A stretch of 64,000 nt of DNA from Callorhinchus milii (taxonomy: Eukaryota). Position numbers and translations under genes: made by a program. Position 1 is the first letter of the stretch, and every line of letters begins with the position of its first letter. The notes under the pieces were generated by a model. That model saw only the letters and a list, made by a program, of their open reading frames with translations. It was not told the DNA's origin and made no database searches. Shown here piece after piece: positions 9,696-23,133 of the stretch. The stretch covers positions 54,128,001-54,192,000 of the forward strand of contig NW_024704743.1 in assembly GCF_018977255.1 (NCBI RefSeq). Direction: 5' to 3'.

Positions 9696-12164
9696 AACAA
9701 AGAAATAAGGAGAACCCAATGAGACATCAGCCACTGTACAAGAATATGACATGTCTAAGCCATTAAATCATGACTTGAAGCAAATGCCAGCAGAGATTTA
9801 CACTTTAGGAGATTCGGATATTGCTCAGGAAATAAATGATGGTGTGTGTGTATATCGGTGTCTGTGTTTGTGTGTATGGGAAGGGGGTGGTGGGGGGGGG
9901 GGGGGGGATGGGAGTGACGATGGAGAGTGTATAACCCAGCTGACGTCCATGGAGAAACAACCTTCACAGCAGGATGAGCAGACCGCAGTGCCTGTCTTAA
10001 ATCATTTGCTTCATTCAGATGACTTTGTAAGGCAGTGTGGAGTTCAACATTCAGATACGTAATACCGTCTCTTACATGTAAGTCAGTTGTCAGCACAGCA
10101 GTCTGCCATACTGAGAACGTGGCAACAGCAGTAGAGTGTTGAGTAATGCAGACCATAGGCACAGCAGGAACACTTCTCATTAAAGCTCTCTCTGCTGCTA
10201 TGGAAACACTGAAGCCAATATAACAAACTGCATTCGTGGTCGGCTTCAGCTCATTTGGAGAATGGTTTCAGGCACCATGGCAGAAATATTTCAGAAGCTC
10301 ACAGGTGCCCAAGAACTACGATCAGGACAAGCAATGGATCTATTAAATACAGGTAACATTTGGAATTGCACAGGTCCAGTTCATTGCCAGTCTTAGTTGG
10401 AGTTTTGTGCCATCACATAATCTTGGACAAGTACCAACATGCATCACCTCTCGGAGGACTAAGCCCACAATGACTGCACCCTACCACTGATATAGAGCTG
10501 TCAGGGTTAATCATAAGAACAGATTAGCATATCTTCTGTAACCTTTCACACACACAGATAGCTATTGCCACTGTCTGCCACTGTTATTTACTCAATTATA
10601 TTTTAGGCACAATAAAAGAATGGTAAAGGGACTCTGGGATGGAGTTCCAGCGAGCAGGGGCAGGGTGGCTGAAAGCTCGTCTGCTCACGGTGAGGTGGAC
10701 AATTCGGGAAACGTGAAGCTGACAAATTAGATCCCATTCTTGCCTAGCCTGGTGTGAATTAAAAAAAGACACATATTAATAATCAATGTTTTATCACTAA
10801 GTAACAGGCATGTAATAGCCTGAAGGGGATGTGGGTTATTAACGGCTGAATTTTGGTGGTTTATTTTTTCCAAAACACACCAAGTCCTTCTGTGATTGTT
10901 ATTTATGTGAAATATTGGCCGAGTCTACAGGTTTAAATAATTTATTTTTGACTTACTCAAAAGGAATATTTACTATGAGGCCTGTGATACACTGGCATTG
11001 CTGTAATGTGCCAGAAAGTGCATACTTTGCAGTTGTAGAACATAGGAACAGGGGTTCAGGCCATCAACCCTGATTGGTCAATTTATTAATTCATACAGCT
11101 CTTTATTTTTTAATCCCATCCCCACATCTTTTTTCCAAATTCCATAATACTCTTACTTCCTAAGTTTCCATCTGCAAGAACCGACATAGAGGCCAATGTG
11201 AATTATTGCTGTGCACAATATGGTGCGCTGGTTTTAATTGCTTCAAATATAACTAGTTTTACAGAGGATGTTGTGGTAAAGGTTGAAGGGGAAATGAAAG
11301 CCTCGACGAGCACTTTCTGTTCTTACAAAAATATTTTAATATTCTTAATTAGAAATGCCCATGTTTTGTAAGTCCTTGTCAGCTTCCTGCTCTGCCCCTG
11401 TTGGGGAGGAGCTGGGTGCATCTAACAGAGGTAAAGGCTTCAGACTGGCCTGGGAATTCATCTAAAGCTATTTGCCTGACTTCGCCAAAGCTCAGAACCA
11501 ATGAGGATGTGAGGAATCATCATTCATTATTTTACTGTAGACTCCAGGGCTGAACCCGTTGCCTCGGATGACTACAACCTGATGTCTAAGTGAAATTCTG
11601 TTTCAGGGCCTGAGTATTGTACAAAGCTTTCCCACAGGTCTAGTCAAATGTGATCAATGAGACCTGATGTTGAGGCAGTGTAAAATACAACTGGATTACC
11701 AGACTATTGGAAGAGGTAAAGCCAACTGGAGAAGAGCATCTTTAGGAAGAAATGTCCAGAAGAAAACGTTTCTAGTCATGTGTCTTCCTATATTCCAAAG
11801 ACTGCTTCCTTAACATACAGTTCAGCATATTTCCTTCTGAGAAACACTGCAACAGCAGGACTTCACTGAATATTCAGAAATGAACCATTGCAAAATCAGC
11901 CATGTTCAACAAGAAATTAATTTAAGTTGATAACGACCAGGTCTTGGATACTTGATAGTACCATGAAAATAATTTAGGAACAACCAGGAAAACAGGAATG
12001 TATAGGACCAGAAAAGACAATTGTGGTCCATCCTGCCCAATGTGAAACCATACCGTTTAAAAACAAAACTGCACTATTCTATCTCTCATAACTCTCAAAT
12101 TAATTCTTCGCCAAGTATGTAGCGATCCAGTGCCCTCTTGAATTTGATGCTTCCATGCATATTG

Positions 12165-13100
12165 GAGCTCAGTGTTTAGAGCACTCGACTTGCAAGCGAG
12201 AGACCTGGGTTTGATAGTACAAGAGTAGGGAAGTTTTGCTGCAATTGTATAGGCCCTTGGTGAGACCGCACCTAGAATATTGTGTGCAGTTTTGGTCTCC
12301 TTATCTAAGAAAGGATATACTTGCCTTAGAGAGGGTGCAACGTAGATTCACTAGGTTGGTTCCTGGGATGAGGGGGTTGACCTACGAAGAGAGGTTGAGT
12401 AGATTAGGCCTATATTCTCTATAAGATTCTTAAGGGTCTTGACAGGGTAGATACCGTGAGACTGTTTCCCCTGGTTGGAGAATCTAAAACTGGGTGTCAT
12501 AGTCTCAGGATTAAGGGTCAGCCTTTTAGAACTGAGTTGAGAAAACATTTCTTCACTCAGAGGGTAGTGAATTTATGGAATTCTCTACCCCAGAAGGCTG
12601 TGGATGCTCAGTCATGAAAAACATATTTGAGACTGAGATCGATAGATTTTTTAAAACCTAAAGGAATTAAGGCTTATTAGGGATAGGGCGGGTAAATGGA
12701 ATTAGGTTAGAAGATCAGTCATGATCTTATTAAATGGCGGGGCAGGCTCGAGGGGCTGAATGGCCTACTCCTGCTCCTATTATGTTCTTATGATTCCCAC
12801 CAGGGCAAAATGTTGGGCAAATTTCCTTACTCCACATGCCTGAATTACCTAGCAATAAGTAGAAACCCGGTTGTTAGTCTATCGGTGGATCACTTTTCCG
12901 GTGGTAATAATTCGTTCAAAACAGTTGGTCACTTCAATCCACGACTGTTTGTGGGACACTGCTGTGTGCAATTGGCTGCCGTGCTTCCCCCACAAAATAT
13001 AGTCAATTCAGTATATTTTATGAAGTGCTTTGAAACGTCTCAAAAATGTGATAAAGCGCTAGATTAAATGCAACGATTATTATTATTATTATTATTATTA
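12165..13100 (+). mobile_element. tRNA-Ala SINE split by a CR1 insertion
   Basis: The SINE head runs 12165-12215 and resumes at about 12791 (GATTCCC..CAGGGCAAA); Deu core and (ATT)n tail follow. Confidence 0.8.
12216..12794 (+). mobile_element. CR1 LINE 3' end
   Basis: [59 protein letters not shown] is the typical CR1 ORF2 C-terminus. Tail TGGCCTACTCCTGCTCCTATTATGTTCTTATG. Confidence 0.93.
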
Positions 13101-13819
13101 TAATATTCCATTCCATATATTTACTGCTCTCTGTGTAAGGTAACTAAATCTGAGTTGCCTGTTCACTTTAATTCTTCTGATCTTGATGTCTGTATTTAAC
13201 AAGCTTAAGACCTTGGTTTAACATCTCATCCTATTATATTACTGAGCCACCTCCCTCTGTGCTGTCGCACCAATATCCTATTCAATTCTCCATAATATGT
13301 TGTTTCAGATCTCATTGTTTTTTACATCTCATTAAATTATATAAAGCAACATTTCCAACCTGACTCTTACTCTTGTAACCTCGAGTGCCGTTTCAACCTC
13401 CAGTTCCCTGTTATCTTCCCTCCAAAACAAGGGCCAACAATGCATTTTAGGACCATAGAAATTTACAGTGCAGAAGGCCATTCAGCTCACTGGGTCTGCG
13501 CTGGAAGCAGAGTAGTACAAAAACTGAAAATAATACATGCAAAAAAAAGGGATGTTGTTTTATTTATCAACATAAGAATAGCTTTGATGTGAAACAAGCG
13601 CTTTGAGACGTCCTCCCACTGTACAAAGCACTATATAAGTATAAATTGTGTTGTATTTTATTAGGGCTGTAGTTGCAAGAACAGGTGCAAAATCTGTACC
13701 AGTAACAAAGTTAATTTAAATATGTTTAGCATGTATTATAACTGGATTCAGGTAACTGTCATAATTAAGTAATTTCACTTAGTCATTGGTATCTGATCCA
13801 TTGAGTGAAATTACAGGTG

Positions 13820-14090
13820 TCAGCCTGGCTCAGTTGGTAACATTCTCACCTTTGAGTCAGACGTTTTGTGGGTTTAAGCCCCACATCAGGACTGACTCAT
13901 AGTCTGGGGTGGGGGTGCACTGCAATGTTGGAGGTGCTGTTCTTCGGATGAGACATTAAACAGAGGCCCTGCTTATCTGTTCACATGGATGTTTCAAATC
14001 CATGGCACTATTTAGAAAGAGGAGTTTCTCTCGGTGTCCTGCTGGGCAATTCCACAAATAAAATTGGTCATTCACGTCATGACTGTTAGT
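13820..14090 (+). mobile_element. SacSINE1-like Deu SINE
   Basis: CAGCCTGGCTCAGTTGGTA head and GGAGGTGC..TTCGGATGAGACATTAAAC..GAGGCCC body. Confidence 0.75.
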
Positions 14091-15244
14091 CCCACAAAAT
14101 GAAGTGTACATCCTGTTATTGTCTTTGAAGTTCAATTTCCTCCATAAATTTCAAATCATCGCTCCAAAAGCAGTATGATCGAATGAAGCTTGTCAGGCAT
14201 ATCGTGTAGAAATCAAACATCATCTTGACTAGATGTGCATCACAACATTCTACATCAATTATTTAAAAATTTTACACGTGTAACACCTTCTTCAAACTAA
14301 ACTTTGACCGGGATGGGATGCAATTCAACAATGGCATTATTGAAGGCTTCACTGCAGCTCTCCCTGCAAGCTGCCTGTGGAAACAAAGATAAAAACTCTC
14401 ACTTCTCAGCAAACAATGTCCTTCCCTGCTTGTTGGAAGGTATTACAATGCCTGCTGTGCAATAAATCTGTCCCTTTGGTGATAATTTGGTGCAGAATTA
14501 ATATAAAGGATGTTGACATGCTCATCTACCTGCAGTGAATGATATTGTTTTGCTGCAAAGTCGAGAAGGCTTAACGTGTCAAAATTCTTACATTCAGTTG
14601 CTCATCAAAATGATGTTTATACTCATGCTAGCAGTAAATTATTTGACCGCTTAACCTAGTAGATTGTTCCCAGCTCAGGAGTGAAGGTTACTTTAGTCAG
14701 TCTCATTGCCAATTCTGATTAATATTAAAAATATTAAATTGAACCAATAGAAAGTCATAGGAATGGCTTACAGCTACAGTACAATAAATAGATTGATTTT
14801 AATTCAGTTCGCTAACTTCTATACAACCAAACTCAGACAAATAATATTTAATGCTTGAAACATTACAGCAATGTTCTGAGTAATGCTTAAGAGTAGGGAA
14901 AGTGACAATATACATGTTCCTGAATACATTGGGATTGGAAGTCTTGGTAGGAAAACTTGTCCATCCATGCTTGCTATGAGGAAGTAATGGTGGGCTTTTG
15001 CTTTAAACTACCGCTGTCCTTCTTTGATGATTCCAGGAGGATGACACAGCGATGCTGAAGTAATGATCTTGGAGGGCAAAGTTGTTCCCATGGTACCGCT
15101 GTTCCTATTTTGCAGCTGGCATTCTGTTTTCTGACTTATTGGATCTTTTCTCACCGAGAAACAAAATCTTAGCTGTGATTGCAAACCAGAAGTTGCAATG
15201 ATGGCTGGCATTTTGCTTTTGTGCCATTTCTCAGCTGAGAACAT

Positions 15245-16395
15245 ACAAGAACAACAAAATTACATTTATAGAGCGCCTTTCACATTGGGAGGACGTCCCA
15301 AAGCGCTGAACAGTCAGATGTCAGGGCCCGAGCATGGGGGAGGGGTGGTGTAGGGGTGAAGGAAGGCAGAGAGGTGGGAGGGAGACAAAAGGCACGGTCG
15401 AAGAGAAGGGTCTTGCGACCGGCTTTGAAGGAGGCAAGGGAGGAAGCGAGACGAAGGAACTGTGGGATTCAGTTCCAGAGTGTGGGGGCAGAGAGGCTGA
15501 AAGCCCGGCCACCGATGGTAGGGCGGGTCGGGCGGGAGACATGGAGCAGGTCGGTGCCTGATGAACGGAGGGAGGGGGCAGGTTTGTAGGGAGTCAGCAG
15601 GTCAGAGAGATAGGAGGGGGCAAGGCCATGGATGGCCTTAAAGGTGAGGACGAGGATCTTGAACTCGATCCTCTGGGGGATGGGGAGCCAGTGGAGTCGG
15701 GCGAGGGTGGGAGTGATGGGGTTGCGGAGTCTGGTGCGTGAGAGTACACGAGTTGCAGAGTTTTGGATGATCTGCAGCTTGTGAAGGGAAGAGTTGGGAA
15801 GGCCGATGAGGAGGGAGTTCCCGTAGTCGAGCCTTGATGTGATGAATGCGTGGGTGAGGGTTTTGGCCGCCTGAGGGGTGAGGCAGTGGCAGAGTCTGGC
15901 GATGTTGCGGAGGTGGTGGTGGCAGTAACGGTCATGGAGCAAATGTGGGGGAGAAAGGACAGTTCAGGGTCAAACAAGACACCCAGGTTCCTGACTGGCT
16001 TAGTGAGGTTAATGCTGTCAGTGCCTGAGGTGTAGAGGCGCTGGCGCGAGCCAACCAGGAGGGCCTCGGTCTTGCTGACGTTGAGTTGGAGAAAGTTCTG
16101 CCTCGTCCAGGACTTGATGTCGGACAGGCAGGTGGTCAGGACCTCAGTAGTCCTGGAGTTGAGGGTGGAGGCAGAGAGGTAGAGTTGGGTGTCATCCGCA
16201 TACATGTGGAAATTTACCCCATGTCTGTGGGTGACATCACCAAGAGGGAGCATGTAGAGGGTGAAGAGGAGGGGACCGAGGACAGAGCCCTGAGGAACAC
16301 TGCATGAGACAGTGCGGGGGCCGGAGGAATAACCGTTTACCGCGACAAAGTGGAGACGGTGTGAAAGGTGGAAACCTGAACCAGTCAAGGACAGA
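15245..16395 (-). mobile_element. L2 LINE, 5'-truncated, RT C-terminus plus 3' end
   Basis: [41 protein letters not shown] and [13 protein letters not shown], followed by the L2 tail. Confidence 0.93.
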
Positions 16396-17429
16396 GCCTT
16401 TCAGAAAAGAACTGAAAAGTCCAAGAAAAGGTTTGGGAAGCCAAATGAACTTTGCTGGCCTTTGGAATAACAATTTGTTTTAAAGCAGATTTTGTAAAAA
16501 AAATCATGCAATTTGAGTCACAAACAGCAAATTGGTATGATTCTCAGTGACGTGCAGTTTCCAAATACATTTTTATTCCCTACCATTGTTAACCCTTCAT
16601 AGAAAGATATACAGGGGTATTCCAAAATAATGTTTTTGATTAAAATTTAGACTTTTATGGATAAAACCTTAAGAATATACAAATTCCAGATCTTTTATAA
16701 AAACAAACACAAGCTAATCTCAAACTATAAGTCAGTTAACTTGTTGACTTTATTCATGTAATTGCTGGACTTCCATAATCACTGGAAATATATTTAATTT
16801 TCCCAGGTTTTACTGTGCAACTTGAAAAGAAATCTCTTATGGCAGATGCCCTCATCCACCACGTTGGGAAAGCATAAACAGATCCTTTATATTTTTTGCC
16901 GACAAAATATACAGTCGATCCACTTTATAATATATTCTTTGAAGTGCTTTGAGACATCTCAATGAGATGATACGGTGCGATATCAATTTCAAGGAATATT
17001 ATCAGAACCCTCCAAATGTTCTTAATTGAGCAGCAAACTGTATTAGCTGAGAGAAATAATTTAAGTGCTGCATAGCTTTCTTAAAGCTAACTACACTCTG
17101 GAATTAAATGACTGAACACACTTTGAAAGTGTTTTTTGGCACCTTGATAGTTGTTCACATCCTGCATCTCAGCACATTGTGGGTCTGTCTCACTGATTTA
17201 CAGATTCCTTATCTGTTTCAATGCCATTTAAGGAGTGTTCCCATTTTTTGTTAAATGTAATAGGGCAGTAAATAACCTTGTTTATGGTTCATCCCAAACT
17301 AAATTTAGTAAAACTAAGCGCAAATTTCATAGACCTTTATATGAAATATTCTCCTTCAACCAACATCTTCCCCCTCATGATGACAGATAATTAAGCGAAA
17401 AAATGCACAGGTGCACATATTTCAACTTA

Positions 17430-19648
17430 AAGGATATTTTAATGGACAAATTCAGTTTTCTGTTGCAGGTGAAAAACATTAATTTTTTTTCCACAAAATG
17501 CACTCTTTTATACAAATTTGCTTTATAAAAATGTGAACAAATCAAGCCTTTAAGGCCATTCTGGCAGAATCCATTATTAAAAGTTTATGATGCCAGGAAA
17601 ACACATTTTAAAAAAAGATTTACAAGTGAATTATTGTAACAAAATATTCAGTTTAATAATTTTGTTGTAGAAAGTCTGATATTCAAAACCAATTTTTTTC
17701 CCTAAACATCAACAATATTCCCTCTTAATATTTGTACACATATTAACTATGTTTTTTTAATTCTTAAACATCTGTAAGTTACTTAGAATTCACTTCTATG
17801 GGAAATTATTTATTTTTAATCATTTCATGCATGATTATAACCACAAATGGAAGCGGACATAAGTTAAAGCAAACGTACCCTGCAAGACCAGAAACAAAAC
17901 TATAGGTTACAATGCAGTGGTTACATCACCAAATTGTTGAAAATCTATATATATATCTAGATATATAAATGTTTTTATTTTGCTGCTTCCAAAAGGACAA
18001 GTTTACTTGCACCTACAAATATATCTCATTCGTTCCTGGCCTTGCATAAGATAAGCTAGTAAATAACACTTGTGATAAATAATAACTCGAGATGCAAATT
18101 TCAGAACTGTAATCTACAGCAATGTCCTACTTGCAACAGACACTTAACTCACTGAAAAAAACGGCAAGATTTACAAATGGCAACACTGACCATTCATAGA
18201 ACTATACATATATCATCATTTTATATAGCTTTACCAAGAATTAAGACTGACAAAGTACACAAGTAAATCAGTGGTATAAACATATTTATACAAAAAAGGA
18301 ATGAGCATTGAAACAAAGCTTTCAATTGGGATATTTCATCAAATCAGCGCCGATCTTATCTCCAAGAGAAGATCCATCAAGGTGAAAAGCAAACACACTG
18401 TGAACGTACAATTTATTAAAAACAAGGGAAGAACAAACAAAAACACTTACGTATACACACAAAAAAGTGAAGAAAAGCTGAACAAAACAAATCCTCTATT
18501 CTCACTGGTTTGTGGATAGATTATTTTGAACAAATCGACAAGCCTGTCTAAAACATCGACCTACGTTTGGATGAAAAATAATTCGAGACATTTAAGTACA
18601 AGAATTTTGCACCATGTTCATTTTAAAAAAAATCTTTTGTGAACTTGCTTGACTTCTCAAAAGTTTTCAAAACAAATAATCTCATCTACGAAGAAATAGA
18701 TGAGGCTTTCTGAACACACCCTGCAATACAAACGTTCCCTCTGCGTTGTTATCTAAATGATCCAAGAAAGACGCTTGAATAATTAAACTGAAGCAGGGAA
18801 CAAAAGCTCATCGTGAGTAAATGTTAAAGAAACATATTCCACATCTGCATAGAACATGGAATAAAACTATGCTCTTTGCACAGAAGCTGAATCAAAACAG
18901 AACACATTTGAGTTTTTTCGCAGTATTGCTGCCATGTATCTGAAACCAGTTCTCTTTGTTTAGATTGCAATTCTTTTCTAAATTTTTAAGTCTTATTGAA
19001 AAGGATACGATTCAGGCGATTATAATTCTCCGAAAGATTGATTGTCATCCAGTGGGGGTGGAAAGGTGTTGAAGGAGTTGAGAAACAGATTATTGGAGCC
19101 CCTTAGAACAGTGCACAACGTTTCTACAAAAATCACACAAGCTCTACCCAAGGTTGTGGCAGAAAGCAAGTTACTGGGATCCATTCACAAAAACGCTATT
19201 TAAAAAAAACTAAAGATATCCTCATAATTAATATATTCTTGTTAATTAAGAGTGCAATAAAACAAAATTCCTTAAAATAAAAAAATTGGATTGACAGTCT
19301 TGAGTATTGTCAAAAGAAGCAATGCGTTTAGAACCATTTTTTTTCCTATCAATTACCCTTCAAGTAAACAGTGGTAAATCACTGCAAATCATTTAATGTA
19401 CAATCATTTACTCAGCAAAGTGATGATCGTTAACAGAGTTTAAAAACTGAACAGCTACCTTGTAGAATGCCGTTTTGTCCAGTTAAATGCTTAGGAATCC
19501 AAGCTTCCCAATGGATTTATCAAATGGATTCTTGGAAATGATTTTTTTTAACTCTCTCCTAAATTTTTCAACAACATCTTTTCTATTTCTTTGAAGAGAT
19601 ACAAATCAGTAAGTGCTGATGCTGGACCACTTCACATGTTTAAAACCC
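17430..19648 (-). other. SP4: Probable SP4 3' UTR (about 2.2 kb; end uncertain)
   Basis: AT-rich stretch with no recognisable repeats after the stop. Minus-strand AATAAA at 18412-18417, 17974-17979 and 17809-17814, and ATTAAA at 17438-17443. Confidence 0.55.
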
Positions 19649-19902
19649 TCAGTACTCATCAATGGTGTTTTCCATAGCTGGCATTGCCGGACTGGACTCC
19701 TGTGAGGTTGTGGTTATGGCCACTATTCTGGGAGAGACGAGAACCTCTGCCACAGATGACTCCATACCCGGGGAAGGGCTCCCAACCACGCTCTGGATGA
19801 CAGCAGCAACCTTCTTGTTCTGGTGGGTTTTAACATGCTTTGATAGGTGATCACTTCGCATAAACCGCTTGGAGCACTCTGGACAAGAAAACTTTTTTTC
19901 AC
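19649..19902 (-). CDS. SP4: SP4 coding exon 6 (zinc finger 3 and C-terminus, stop TGA)
   Basis: Acceptor ttcttgcag. Encodes [30 protein letters not shown]...EVLVSPRIV...[18 protein letters not shown]. The HVKTHQNKK and SPRIV tail is SP4-type. Confidence 0.97.
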
Positions 19903-22572
19903 CTGCAAGAATGAAGAAAAATAAAATTAAAGATATTCTCTGCTAAAGGACTGAGCTTTATGTATAACATGCTCTATCGTTTTTTGGTGCTGGGGGGGGG
20001 GCGGGAAACATACAGAACACATACCGTTTTTTCATATTTTACTTCTCAGAGATATTTATTTTCCACTTGTCAACTTCAGGTTTTGGACTTGAATTTTTAT
20101 TTTTTAAGCCTGATTTATCACCACTTGAAAGCTACAGTGACTTTAGAAACAGATCAGCTTTGTTACACCAAACCTGTTCATGTTAAACCTTTTAAAATTG
20201 CATTAGAAATGATATTGGTCCCCAGTGCATAATATTAAGCCACATTGACTGCAGTTATTCCGTATAGAGCTATATAAAGGGAAGTTTAAAAAAAGAGAAG
20301 TAGACAGATACTTGAGCTTGTGGTTATATAAAGCAGTTTGGTGAAAATTCATTGGGATTAAAAGATCTGTCATAATCTAATAAACTGGTGGAACAGGATT
20401 GATAGGCTGAATGGTTTCTTCCTGTTTTCTAAATGGAATATAAGGAATGCTTTGGTGAACATTTGCTGGCACCACATGGAAACATGGCACAATCCTGAGA
20501 CATTTTGTAATGCAACACTCTACGTCATACAAATAGACATACAGACAGACTCTCAGACACCAGTTGCAGTTTTGACTGATTAGTATTGTTAGAAATTTAA
20601 AAATGCTGTCAAACATTTTCCAGTGGCAACAAATCACAAATCAAAATTGTGCTGTTCACTATCTGTATCCAGCCTCATCAGTGGAGCCCCATGAAATTCT
20701 ATTTTTTTCAATATAATTTTTAAATTTTGTTTTTCAGGGTTATTTCATTTTGTGTTATTTCATTTTATCCATTAAAATTTTTTTTATTATTACATTTACC
20801 TCAAGTGACCATCACTTCCTGCTTTGCTGCAAATGCAGTTGAACCCACAACCTTTTGACTCAGAAGTGGGAGTGCTACCAACATAGCCAGGCAGACCCTT
20901 TAAATACATATCATCCCCAATTCAAATTCTCAGTTTCGTATTGAAAGCAATATCCCTGAAAATAAAATTTACAGGTAATAGAACGTAAGGCATAAGTGAA
21001 TGACTGGATCATTAAACAATTTCCAGGCCTTTAGCCACCCCCCCAACGGATTACATGGATAACCATTGCTATATTCTCATTACTTTTGCGCATAATAGAA
21101 ATATATACAGTCCACAGGCACATATCTTCTGTATTAACGCAAACATCCACTGGTGTAGATCACACACCAACCCACTCATCAAATCTCTTTATTCATTAAC
21201 TGCTATCATTCCAAACAACAACAATCACATGGTTACAATATTATGATTTATCGCTCAGACCAGATTTTCTAAATTTAAAATCTCAATTTACACATATTTA
21301 GGCTAAATTATTAAAATAATTTGATTGAATTCAAGTAATAAAAATTGGTAAACAATCGAGCGATTATCAAGCCAGCGGTGGAGACACGGTACAGACTTGA
21401 TTAAATTTACTTTAGTGTTCCTTCATTTATTGGCAGACACCTGACATACGTGTTGGCTGTAAAAGCCAATGTGAAAAGGCCTGCTTAGTCAATCCTTCCA
21501 ATAATTGTTGGAGAGCTATTATAATAGAACTAGTTGCAAGCGTCTTACCTCGGTGGGTAATCAGCAATTCCACAGTACATTATTTTCACTTTGTGCGTGA
21601 AGTCTTTCATCAACAGATCATTTATTAGATATTAAAATAAAAAAGTTAAATGAATGTTTACATGTCTCTAATTAATAGATAATTGACAAAGACTGTAATT
21701 CCATCATAAAAAATTAATTCCAATTCCCATGACAACTGAATCCTATCAGCCATTGTCACATTGCATTTCACTACTGTTTGGAGACGCATTTCACTTTGTT
21801 GCTATAGTCATTATCAGCATGTCGACTGTCAGCCAGCCCTAAACAGTGCTCTGAAACCACAGTAACAATTTACCAAGCTTCACACTCACGATGCAGCAAA
21901 AACATGACTCCAGGGCACATTGCCACAGGCAATGATGGCTGATTAAAACAAGTCACCTCAAGCCAGCACTACATTACACTATTCTAAACAAACACCCCCA
22001 TCCTTATCAACATGATCAGAATAAACCACTGTTCAGATTCCCTTCAGATAAACACTGCAGAGCAAGAAGAATCACTGCAACATCTCAAATAGAACCAGTT
22101 ACCAAACACTGCGTTTATCCTAAATCATAAACATAGTAAAAGTGTGTTAAGAAATTAATGCTGGTTGGAGTCTTTCAACCTGAACATGAACATTCCTTTA
22201 GTAACCACAAAGCTGTTCCAACTGAATGCTTATTTGTTTAGTAATCACAATCCCCCCCACCCCTCCCAAGCTTTATTGTACTAATCACATCCTACGTATG
22301 CAGTGAGGGTTAATAATTATTCCTAAGAACAAACAAGCCTGAAATGAAATCGTCTGGTCCCCTGGGCAATGCAAGTTAACTACATTTTCATCAAAGGAAA
22401 ACTCCTTGGGTCAGTGGTTTGAAAACCGACTGGTGATCAAATGCTGAGAACGGCAGTCCCTGGACTTTTCACAAAGCTTATGTTATTATATTTTTGTAAC
22501 ATTACGTTCATTTTTCAGAAACTCTACACTGAGCTGAAAAAGTCATCAACTACATGAGTTCTTTTGCTTATA

Positions 22573-22800
22573 CAACAACCACAATAACATTTACATTTGT
22601 ATAGTGCTTTTCACGTCGGGCGGACGTCCCAAGGCACTGGGCAGGGTGCGATGGTTTGCACACGAGCAGGGAGTTGGATTCAGGAGGGGGTGGTGGAAGA
22701 TGACCGAAGGCACGGTCAAAGAAGAAACTCTTAAGATGTATCTTGAGGGAGGTGAGGGAAGAGATGATGCAAAGGGACGCCGGAATGGAGTTCCACACAA
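22573..22800 (-). mobile_element. L2 3' end fragment in SP4 intron 5
   Basis: Encodes WNSIP...LKIHLKSFFFDRAF, followed by the tail GGGACGTCCGCCCGACGTGAAAAGCAC. Confidence 0.8.
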
Positions 22801-22933
22801 TCGCTTCACGTCATTCACTTTTACATTTCACCACGCCTTATTCAATTTATTAGTGTATTTCTACTTATAAAGATTCCAGTTTTAAAATGACATTCATTGA
22901 GAAAAAATAAATCTTTCACTGTGTGTTACTGAC

Positions 22934-23133
22934 CTGTGTGAGTTCTCCTATGCCTCTGCAATTCATCACTCCGTGTGAAACGCTTGCCACAGAACAGCCA
23001 GTTGCACACAAATGGCCTCTCACCAGTGTGCCAGCGAAGATGTGCTCTTAAATGGGAGGTTTTCCCATAGACTTTTCCACAGCCCTCAATGTGGCAAATG
23101 TGCTGCTTCTTCTTCCCTGGTTCACTGGGGGCT
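22934..23133 (-). CDS. SP4: SP4 coding exon 5 (zinc fingers 1-2)
   Basis: Acceptor ttctttctaaatag, donor ACAG|gtcagt, 200 nt. Encodes [64 protein letters not shown]. Confidence 0.98.

Noticed and set aside
9751..10500. 103-aa and 141-aa ORFs and a vague resemblance to a decayed Harbinger-type element
   Set aside because: The ORFs span (TG)n and poly-G tracts, and no transposase motif can be read with confidence.
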